NCBI RefSeq assembly: GCF_021028975.2
Contig: NC_059431.1
Span: 41,540,001 to 41,604,000, forward strand
DNA from: Sphaerodactylus townsendi
Taxonomy: Eukaryota
DNA length: 64,000 bases
Direction of reading: 5' to 3'
Part shown: in pieces, positions 1-10,188 of the stretch
Layout of the letters: each line of letters starts with the position of its first letter
Numbering within the stretch: position 1 is the stretch's first letter
Notes under the pieces: generated by a model
Databases searched by the model: none
Seen by the model: the letters and a program-made list of their open reading frames with translations, nothing else
What the model was told of the DNA's origin: nothing
Position numbers and translations under genes: made by a program

Positions 1-1170
1 AAGGTACCTACACAGCATGATCTTGTTCATGATCTTGTTTTCTATCCTTGATGAAGATAGTTAACAACAGAGGTAGTATTCTGTATTGCTATGATGATTT
101 GCAGATGATTATCGAAAGTCCTATTGAGTAAGTGCTTCCGATGGTTCCAGGTTTACTAAAAGTATACCTTCATATGGTCATAACCTTACTACTTTTAGTA
201 GCTGAAGATTTCCTGAATCCATCAGGCAGAATCATTGTTGACACCCTGTCATAGACTCCTTCCAGGGATAGTGACCCGCACACTTGATACCTAGGTTGTG
301 ATGACTAACCAAGTTATACTTATAGTGCTACAAACCAGTATGCCATAGCATGTAACTATGCTTTATTCAGGTTTCCTTACTCCTTCTGACTTTCCCTGCT
401 CAACAGCAGTTCCTTCTCATGCGGATAGAAGGACAAAGTGGAGCATGAGCAAAAGGGCAGATTGACTGTGATCACTTTGCAGCAGGAAAACCTGTTGAAC
501 AGCAAACCACAGGGGAAAAAAGCACACCATTGAGAGGCAAAAACTGCTTTCCCAAAGGACCAGTGTGTCACATTTTCATCTGATAGAGATACATGTAAAA
601 AGAAAAGTTGTAAAACTTATCATATGCCCTCCAAATTAACTTTTGTCTAAATGAAGGACCCTTTTGAACTTGAGATCCAGGCCAAATGACCCTGCTCACC
701 CTATTAGCCCTTGGCTAAAACAGGGATTTGAATTATTCAAATTTAGTTTCTGAATCAATTTTAGTAACTTTAGGTCTTGATTAATTTAATCAAGATCTCT
801 GTACAGTTCTTATTCTAATGAAATCATGAATTCTGATATTTGCTCACTGATGCTTTTCAATTCTATTTTTCTCATCTGTTTTCTTCACTTCACATTATTA
901 AGGCAGTTCAGATAGAATGCAAAATGTTTCCACTGTATTGTGATACACTACATTGCTTCCGCTAACAGCTATTTCCTTGATATTTTGTCAAACTGAGAAA
1001 TAAATTGAGTCATCTGATTGGGTACTGGGACATTGTTTATGCTTAGGCCTTTAACATGTTACATTCCTGCTAAGTTGCATTGTTGCAGTACATAAACATG
1101 GCTTAATATTACTGATTATGTGGAATACTACATTTCATATCAGTTTTTAAACGTTCATCACTGACTCCTA

Positions 1171-1449
1171 GGAGCCGCATGGCATAGTGGTTAAGTGCTT
1201 GCACTGCCACTCACACGGTCAGGAGTTTGAGCCCCTTGTGGGTCAGAAATCCTGGCAGCTGGCTCATGGTCAACTCAGCCATCCATCCATTCTTTGGTCG
1301 ATAAATGAGTACCTAGCACATAGGGGGTAAAAAATAGCCAGGGAAAGCAATGGCAAACTACCCCACAAAAATGGCTTGCCTATAAAATCACTGCTTGCAG
1401 TGGTACCCCAGGGTCAGACATGACTGAAGGGGAAACTTTACCTTTACCA
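1171..1449 (+). mobile_element. Sauria-type tRNA-derived SINE
   Basis: tRNA-like head (GGAGCCGCATGGCATAGTGGTTAAG...GGAGTTTGAGCCCC), body GGTCAACTCAGCCATCCATCC...AAATGAGTACC, 3' tail ACTTTACCTTTACC. Near-TSD CACTGACTCC / CACTGTCTCC. Confidence 0.8.
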
Positions 1450-1594
1450 CTGTCTCCAGTGGCTGCAAGATGGATGAAATCTTGGACGCAGGTTGCTTAT
1501 AACTCTGCAGAGATTTAACAGGGCTCAAGCAGCTTTGCTGTGTTTATCACTGCAGCCAATAACTGTGGATTGCTAAACTAATCTCATATGGTTA

Positions 1595-2708
1595 CCGTAC
1601 ATACTCATGTATAAGTCGACCCGCATATAAGTCGAGGCACCTAATTTTACCACAAAAAATTGGGAAAACTTATTGACTCACATATAAGTCGAGGGTGGGA
1701 AATGCAGCAGCTACTGGTAAATTTCAAAAAATAAAAATAGATACCAATAAAATTACATTAATTGAAACATCAGTAGGTTAAATGTTTTTGAATATTTATT
1801 TCAAAGAAAAAACAGTAAACTAGCTCTGTAAGTGGAAGACTGTCAACAAGAACAATATGGTATCAACAATAACTTTAAAAGTACAAAAACCTTAGCTTTT
1901 TTGTAAGGAAGGGTTTTAAACAATGGATCTTACAATAAAAACTGGAATGAACATGACTGTTCACTGTGACTCAAAACTCCCCTGCTTTTTAAAAGAATAG
2001 TTCATTATTTTTAGTGTACATATTTTTAAAATTGCACATGGCAGGTGTCATTTTAGAAGGGACATTCACACAACCTGTCAGAGGAGGAATGTTTATGTTA
2101 GCAGTACCAACATTTCAGAATATCTTTAGGAGACCCTCCTGATGATACCACCCAGGTTTGGTGAAGTTTGGTTCAGGGGGTCCAAAGTTGTAGACCCTCA
2201 AAAGGGTAGCCCCATCTACTATTCGCTTCCATTGGAAACAATGGGGGATGGGAACACCCACTTTGGGGATCTATAACTTTGGACTTCCTGAACCAAACAT
2301 CACCAAACCTGGCTGATATCAGCAAGAGATTATCCTGATGATACCACCCAGGTTTAGTGAAGTTTGGTTCAAGGGGTTCAAAGTTATGGACTCTCAAAAT
2401 GTAGCCCCATCCACTATTAGCTCCCATTGGAAACAATGGGGGATGGGGGCACCCCCTTTGTGGGTCCATAACTTTGGACCCCCTGAACCAAATTTTACCA
2501 AACTTGGCAGGTATCATCAGAAGCATCATCTGATGATATCCTGAAATTATGGTGCCACTAGTCTGAAAACTGTGCCCCCAGGCGGCTGACAAAATAAAAA
2601 CCCTAAAATATTTTTTTTAAATACAGCTGACTCGTGTATAAGTCGAGGGGGGCTTTTTCAGCACAAAAAATGTGCTGAAAAACTCGACTTATACACGAGT
2701 ATTTACGA
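1595..2708. mobile_element. Non-autonomous Tc1/mariner (Tc2/pogo-like) DNA transposon with internal palindromic cargo
   Basis: TIRs CCGTACATACTCATGTATAAGTCGA ... TCGACTTATACACGAGTATTTACGA, flanked by TA at 1593-1594 and 2709-2710. TATAAGTCGA is repeated subterminally. Confidence 0.85.
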
Positions 2709-3467
2709 TACTTGTTTACAGCATGTGTATATTAGTGCTGGACTTTTCTGTTCCACCATAATGCCTGAATACTTGTAAGGGTCTGTTACTCCAGTCTATA
2801 ATTGAGACTCAGGAATGGTTCAAGGGCGTTATTGAACTGTGTCAAGACCTTAGCTGCAGAAAGCCAGAACTGGTGCTCAAGCTTTTGCAGCCGGTATATA
2901 CTTGAAACACTGCCCATTCAGGTGCTCCTCCCTCCCACTGGTTCCCACAATAGCCTGCATAAGAAAAGGATAGTGTGAAGACAGTATTGTTATGTGTTCA
3001 GCCCAAGGACAGTGACAGAGCTTCTATGGGAAAGGGGGGAGGTATGCATACTTCACTAGGTACAAGCACAGCCATAGAAAACAGAAAGGGCCCTCAGGCC
3101 GCAAATAACAGCAAGTGCAGGTGTGACCTTGGCTCCAGCCCACTAATGCCAGACCCAGGTGGGAGCCTACGTGAAATTATTGCACTTAAACAGTTAGGCA
3201 GTGGAGGAAACTCCACACTGCTGTTGTTAGACAAGAAGGAAAATAGCCTGGCCTGTTCTTGAGACTTTAGTGGTACCTTGATCCACAGTGCTTGACATCA
3301 TAAACTCTATTTGCAGCTAACTGCTGTATGCGTAGCCATGGCTAAAGGTACAACAATGCAGTCAGAACAGTGATAAAAAACAATTGTGCTAGCATTGCAC
3401 TTAATCTATATGTATTAATTTAGGAGGTATTAATCGTTTTAAACCTAGGTAACCAAGTGTGCTCTAT

Positions 3468-3646
3468 CCTGGATAGCCCAGGCTACCCTGATTTTATCAG
3501 ATCACAGAGGCTCACCAGAGTTGGTCCTGGTTACTATTCGGAGGGAAGACCACTGAGGAATACCAAGGTCACTATGCAGAGGTAGGTCATGGCAAACTAC
3601 TTCTGAATGTTTCTTTCCTATGGGGTTGCTATAAGTCAGCTGCAAC
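3468..3646 (+). mobile_element. Degraded 5S rRNA-derived SINE with Sauria/RTE-like 3' part
   Basis: CCCTGATTTTATCAGATCACAGAGGCTCACCAGAGTTGGTCCTGGTTACTATTCGGAGGGAAGACCACTGAGGAATACC is collinear with the 5S rRNA internal control region. It is followed by ATGGCAAACTAC, which is also present in the SINE at 1171. Confidence 0.65.
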
Positions 3647-4814
3647 AAAATGGAAATCATGATCATAGGAATGACTTTTGGTGGAAGAGATGACAAAGTG
3701 ATTACAACTTCTGCCACCATATTTTTGCTAAAGCTGCAGCAAGGAGATTGGGGATATGAATATTTTAAATCAATATCTGGGATTTTTATTTACTTGAAGG
3801 GGGTGGACTTTTTCTCTCCTATCATACCCAGCTCACACCAGGTTTACTGTAATGACATTTTGAGAGACCTCCCCCCCCCCATCATGGCTTTATATCTGTA
3901 GGTAAAGTATCCTTTCAAGTATAGGTACTATTTTATCATAAAATTATTTAAAAATGCCATGCCCTGTAGGTAATTCCATCTCTAAAGGATTCCATGATAC
4001 CTTGTTCACTAATGTGCATATGAGTTCCTAGAATATCCATACAAACTGATTTTGCCAGTGTTTCTAATATATTTAATAGCAATATATCTTCTCAGTACAT
4101 ATAATTGCCTTTTTAATGTATTTATTTACATGCCATTTCTCAGCTTTAAGATGTATGTAATGAAATACACAGTTCTGTGGAACATGAAGTTGGCTAATTT
4201 CTTTCAGTTGAAAGATGAAGCCCTAAGTTATTTTTTTTTCAGGAATTTAATGAATTTGAGTTGATGCAGTTTTATCTTTTACATTAAGATATAAGCATTG
4301 AGGAAAAGGCTGAGAGATTATAAAAGAGACATCATCGTTCTGTCTAATCTCTAATTTTGTGTGGATTCCTTGCACTCCCTGAATTCCAGTCATAATATAT
4401 TTTTAAGCAGTACAAATATTTATTAATCAGAACTTGAAGTCACTTCTAATTTAGAGATAAAGGAATTTAGAGATAAAGGAATCACCTTACAAAAACTTTT
4501 AGTGACAATTAAAAACACACCCACCTTTTGAGAGATTTTGGGCTATTACTTCAAAAGGACACAGAGTCAATTCACTCAACAATGAATGCCATATTCAGAA
4601 TATTCTGTATATTTTTGAATCTAAATGATATAATTCTGGATATTTGGAAAAATTCTAGATAATTGATTCTGCAGAAAGTGATTTGGGTTGCCTGTGGCAC
4701 CTTGGGACCATGTGGTGGATCAGGGAAGAGTGTCAAGTAGCTAGTGTTACCATGGCATTGCCAAGGGAAAGGGAACTGAGATAAGAGCAAAGCCGGTGGT
4801 TGATTGAGATCCAT

Positions 4815-5022
4815 TGTGGTATAATAATTATACTAGGATCTGAGAACTGAGGTTTGAATCCCCAACTTTGCTGTGGATTCACTCTTAGGCCAGTTATACA
4901 CTCTCAGCTTTACATACCTCAGAGGGTAGTTGTGAGGATAAAATGGAGGATGAGAGAATGTTACCAGTCACTTTGGGTCCCTGTTGAGGAGAATGGTGTA
5001 GTTTCAATGAACTAAATAAATA
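4815..5022 (+). mobile_element. Old MIR/L2-tailed tRNA SINE
   Basis: GGTTTGAATCCCC B-box, CORE-like GTTGTGAGGATAAAATG, A-rich tail. Confidence 0.55.
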
Positions 5023-5254
5023 TATAAGTCTAAAATCTAGAATCCTGAAGCAGGTGCAGATGAAACAAAGCAGTTTCATCTTTGTCCTTTCCAAATGAAA
5101 GGCTATTTCACATTCTTGCTATTCCCCAATAGCAATCCTTTTCCTAGGCTGTGTTCTTTGTGCCATCTGCAGTAGTGGTGAGGCCAACAGGAGAAACTAA
5201 GGACATATTTCAGTGTCCTTTAGGAACCATGGCAAAGCATTCCCTTCACCCAGA

Positions 5255-5734
5255 GGCTGTTTCCGCATGGGCGGAATACAGTGCCCAGGGACGCTAAAAA
5301 CAGCGTCCCTGGGGAAGGGTTCACACGGCCGCCACCGCCGCATTGCAGCAGTGCAACCCCGAGCGGCGCGAAGCTGCTGTTTCCGAACCTCGCTCCGTGC
5401 GAATGGCAGTGGCTGGAAGGCACCATTTCCCTGCCCTTTCCCGAATGTCTATCTTGTCTCCTGGCTTCCAGCTTGTTGCAGAGGCCAGGGGACATGCCCC
5501 CTTGGCCTGCGACTCCAGAGCCGTCACTCTAGGCTGTGGGGGCATGTCCCCTGGCTTCTGCAACGAGCTGGAAGCCAGGAGACAAGGTAGGCATTTGGCG
5601 ACGGAGCAGCCTGTGCGAAGGCTGCACTGCTGCCTGCTGCCCTCCAGGGACCATCCATGCAAACGGTCCTGGGGGGGTGCATTGGCATTGTTTATGCTGA
5701 CGCACCCACCCACCGTTGTGGTGCGGAAAGGGCC
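5255..5734. mobile_element. PIF/Harbinger-like palindromic MITE
   Basis: TIRs GGCTGTTTCCGCA ... TGCGGAAAGGGCC, 3-bp TSD AGA, internal inverted repeat centred near 5520. Confidence 0.8.
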
Positions 5735-6282
5735 AGAGTTTTAACTGAAGGGCTCTATTTTTAATGGTTGCTTGTAGCTATGGCAAGTGAGTTGCTTTAT
5801 GGACACTATCACATATATACCCATGCCGGGAGCCCAGTGCTGAGGGAATTTTCCTTTTAACAAAAAAGAATTCTAACTGATATCATAGCTCTAACTGAGC
5901 AGCTTTCTTTCTTTTCTCTTTCCTTCTGTCAGAATAGACTTTTAGTAACTTGAAGAGGGTGTTTGAGAGTTTGTATTACTCCTTAAATTTTTTTTTCACA
6001 TTCATCATTCTATTAAATAGTCAAAATATTTTTTAGCTTCTGATAAAGGGCACTTTTCAGTTACGCAATGGAGCTGCTTTGAAAGGACACCTAAATAACT
6101 CATTTTCTTTCTGACAAGGAATAATAAACTGGCACCAGAAGCTTGTAACATTGAACCATGAAATTGAAAAGATTCTATTTACAGGAACCAAGTGAAAGAG
6201 CTTTACATCTCTTTCAGCTCTTTACAGCTCCTTACAGGTTTTTCATTAACTTTTACCAGTTGATACAGGTTTCACTCAGGTC

Positions 6283-6433
6283 ACTATCTTCTGTACATGC
6301 AGAATAATGCACTTTCAATCCACTTTCAATGCACTTTGCAGCTGGATTTTACTGTGCAGAATAGCAAAATCCACTTGCAAACAATTGTGAAAGTGTATTG
6401 AAAGTGCATTATTCTGCATGTGTGAAAGGGGTC
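6283..6433. mobile_element. Short fold-back MITE (Harbinger-like)
   Basis: Arms ACATGCAGAATAATGCACTTTCAAT / ATTGAAAGTGCATTATTCTGCATGT are reverse complements. Right end GAAAGGGGTC. Confidence 0.7.
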
Positions 6434-8560
6434 TTTATGTCTTCCCATGTTACAGTCATTTCAACTTTAGACAATTCAAGTTTACACCTACTTCCATGTA
6501 GGTGTAAACTATGTAGGTGTAAACTTCCATGTAGTGTAACAGTGTTCTGTTTTGCTTTCTAGCCCTTTGTTTAAAAATTCATTTTCTACTCTCAGGTAAG
6601 TATAACTCACACAGTTGCTGAAACACAAACTCTAAGGCAGACTCTGTACTGGAATGCCTCTCTCACACTTTGCTTCTCATAGAAGGATGGCTGCTCTCCC
6701 TCAGGAAGCTCCATTCCTCTTTATATAACTCTCCCTCTCTCAGGATCTTCCCTGCTCCATATCTGAGCAGGGCTATCTTCAGAGAAAACTACTAAGTCAC
6801 CTATGTGATTTATCAGTGCTACTGTGTTATGGTTAACTCCAGGACCTTGGCACAGATACCCTAAATTAAATCTATCCTTCTTGGCCCTTAATACAGCTCA
6901 CTTTGAACTGGCCCTCAGTTACCAGAGAATGGAGCTACCACAGAAATGTTCCACAGAACTGTTCACTCTGCTGTTTTGCCTTAGAACTCCCTGTCCTCTG
7001 GCTATAAAATGTTGTGCACTTCTCTCAGCCAATCACATGGAGTTCCAGATTAATCCTTTGGGCTCTAAACATTCTACCGCCTGAATGTGCCTGAGTGTCT
7101 GTATACATTACAGACACTATTTTTACAGTGAAATTCTAAACAGAGCTATACTGTTTAAGGTCCATTGATGTCAATTGGCTTAGATGGATGTAGCCCTGTT
7201 TAAGATTGTTTTATGCTATTTCACTAATTCCCAAAACAAAAAACAAATTCTGACCTATCTCTCTTTTAAATCTAGATTATAAAATTTTCACAAATATTCT
7301 CAATAACAAAAGAAAATGTTGACAAATTACATAAATGAAGATTAGGCAGGTTCCTGCCAAACAGACAAGTCTGTCAAAACATTAGAACAGTGATCAACAC
7401 ATTAGAAATACAGAAGGAAGATAACAACATGCCAATGGTACTGATCTCTTTGGATGCAGAAAAAACATTTGATCAGGTCTGTGGGGAATTGACACTACAA
7501 AATATTCATGAAATGAGGATAAAGGGCAAATTTTATGATGCTATAAGTAGTATTTACACAGACCAAAAAGCAAAGTTAAAAATAAATGGAATCTTATCCC
7601 AAGAATTCAAAATCCAATGGGGAACAAGACAGGGATGCCCATTGTTCCCATCCCTTTTCATCCGAACATTAGAGATATTATTGAAAGACATAAGGGAAGG
7701 TAACAACATTACAGGCCTCAAACTTAAAAACCAGCACATAAAACTAAGGGCACATACTGATGACATCAAAATATTCCTCGAAAACCCAAATGAAAATATC
7801 ATCTATCTGTTAGATTCTATAAATAAATTTGGGAACCTGGCTGGCTTTGTTATTAATACAGAAAAAACCAAAATATTTACCAGGAATATCTCAAAGAAAA
7901 ACAGAAAAAAAGTTAGAACTGGTTTCTAAATGCAAGGTTGAACAAAAACTCATACAATATCTAGGGATAATTCCCAACAATAACAACAATCATTTACTTC
8001 AAGACAACTATGAAATCCTATGGCAACACATACAAAAGAAAATAGAAGATTGGAAAAACATTAATTTATCCCTATTGGGAAGGATAGCCCTGATAAAAAT
8101 GTCAGTACTACCTAAGTTCATATATTTGTTCAATAATCTCCCGATTTGGATCAATAACATTTTTAATGAGATGGAAAAGAGAAATCTCAAAATTAATTTG
8201 GAATGGCAAAAAACCTAGAATAAAATATATAGTTCTAATAGATGAAAAATGTAGAGAGGGATTGGCATACCCAGACTTAGAAATATACTACGAAGCATGC
8301 TTTCTACTTTGGATCAAAGAGTGGGTGACTCTACAAAATCCAAACCTATTAGAAATTGAAGGCCATGATCTTCACAAAGGCTGGCATCACTACCTATGGC
8401 AAAATAACTCTACAGCAACTACAGGCTTCTCCAAACATCCCTTGAGAAAGGGACCATTAAAATATGGGAAAAATACAGAAATATTATTTATAATGACAAG
8501 ATTCCATTTTGGCTATCCAGACTGGAATCACTAAAACACACAAATATAAATCATGGCACT

Positions 8561-9191
8561 TAATGAGGCAACAGGGGGCAGGGCATTAGTGAGCTCTGAA
8601 ATAGGGAGCATGAGCGGCTCTGGGCGGCTGAACGGCCAAGCCTTACCACCCGGCAATGTCGTGTGACACGCACATTGGCAAAAGGGGTGGTGTAAGCTCC
8701 CTATATATTAGGCAGCATGCGGTTGCTTCAGCCTCTTTTGGCGCCTTTGCAAACTGACCCACCCACCCACCCTGTTTTGGGATGGTGTTTTGTTGCTACT
8801 ACAAGTCACAGCTCTGGTGGTTTGGGCAGAGGAGTGCATCCTTGTGGGGAGGCTGAGCTTACACAGTGCACCTCCCCATGGCTGGGGGCCCCCATAAGAG
8901 GCTTGGGGTAGGGCGGGCTCATGGTGCATGCCACAGAGGCCTCTGCAATCGAGCCTGACACCCCAGCAGTTAGGGGACCAAAATAGGGTGAGCGCCTGGT
9001 GGCCCGGTACCTTTCTGTCCTCCCCAATAGGGATTGGGATTGTTGCTGGGGTCAGCCACGGGTGCTGACCGGCTGCTACGATGCACTCCTCTTGCTTGCC
9101 CAGCTTCAGCATTTATAAAGGGCTGTGGCACAATTTAATCCAGGAAGTATCCTGAGATTATTCACCTGAAAGGTCTGCACATCTGGCCGCA
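8561..9191 (+). mobile_element. GC-rich LTR-like insert within L1, possibly a solo terminal repeat of a DIRS/Ngaro (tyrosine recombinase) element
   Basis: Abrupt GC-rich block in AT-rich L1 ORF2. Removing it rejoins the frame (..LKHTNINHGT|NNIKDWLRYKDI..). TATA-like CTATATATTAG at 8701. No 4-8 bp TSD. Family assignment is inference. Confidence 0.5.
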
Positions 9192-9390
9192 AATAACATC
9201 AAAGACTGGTTACGGTATAAAGATATTCAAGTCAAGATGACCAATAGCTATGAACTCAGACCGAGAGATGACAGACTAGTAACTGAAACTCCATGTATCA
9301 TCTAAACAATTATCTACTGGAAGGCAAAAATTGTTGAGAATTTACAGAAAGAAACACAACCCTTGATCATATCAGAGCCCTCCAAGGGTG

Positions 9391-9687
9391 NNNNNNNNNN
9401 NNNNNNNNNNNNNNNNNNNNNNNNNNNNNNNNNNNNNNNNNNNNNNNNNNNNNNNNNNNNNNNNNNNNNNNNNNNNNNNNNNNNNNNNNNNNNNNNNNNN
9501 NNNNNNNNNNNNNNNNNNNNNNNNNNNNNNNNNNNNNNNNNNNNNNNNNNNNNNNNNNNNNNNNNNNNNNNNNNNNNNNNNNNNNNNNNNNNNNNNNNNN
9601 NNNNNNNNNNNNNNNNNNNNNNNNNNNNNNNNNNNNNNNNNNNNNNNNNNNNNNNNNNNNNNNNNNNNNNNNNNNNNNNNNNNNNNN
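9391..9687. other. Assembly gap (297 N)
   Basis: Run of N inside the L1. Confidence 1.
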
Positions 9688-10111
9688 TAACCCTCCTAAC
9701 AAAATGGCCATCCGGAAAATATACAAATTACTCCTGGAATACAAAACAGAAACAGAACTAATCAAAGAAAATATTATACGTTGGGCACAAAATTTAAACA
9801 AAACATACAATTGGAGACTTGGGAACGTCTCTGGAAGAACAATACAAAACTAATACTTTCTACTGAAATTAAAGAAAACAACATAAAAATGTTTTACAGG
9901 TGGTATTTAACACCACTAAAAACTTCTAAAATGTACAAAACCTGTTCACCTCTCTGCTGGAAATATGAAGACAAAGAAGGCTCCTTCTTTCACTGCTGGT
10001 GGACCTGCAAAAAACAAAAACAAAAAACAATACTGGAATACAATGCATAAAACTATAGAAAACATAATAAACTACAGATTTGAGAATCTACCAGAAACTT
10101 ATCTCCTAGGC

Positions 10112-10188
10112 CAGGGATCTTCAAACTATGGCCCTCCAGATGTTCATAGACTACAATTCCCATGAGCCCTACCACTTGAAGACCCCTG
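10112..10188. mobile_element. 77-bp hAT (Charlie-like) MITE nested in L1
   Basis: TIRs CAGGGATCTTCAA ... TTGAAGACCCCTG, perfect 8-bp TSD TCCTAGGC. Removal restores the L1 frame PETYLLGIWDY. Confidence 0.9.

Noticed and set aside
371-594. Exon-like plus-strand segment after ttattcag
   Set aside because: Stops in all three frames; cannot be distinguished from background.
1171-1245. tRNA gene
   Set aside because: SINE head with degenerate boxes that continues into a SINE body; not a tRNA.
5213-5744. Overlapping ORFs on both strands (also 14524-15262, 20208-20967, 52062-53538, 56585-57267)
   Set aside because: GC-rich palindromic MITE interiors are poor in stop codons; no transposase motifs.
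9363-9810. ORFs full of X
   Set aside because: Artefacts of the N gap.
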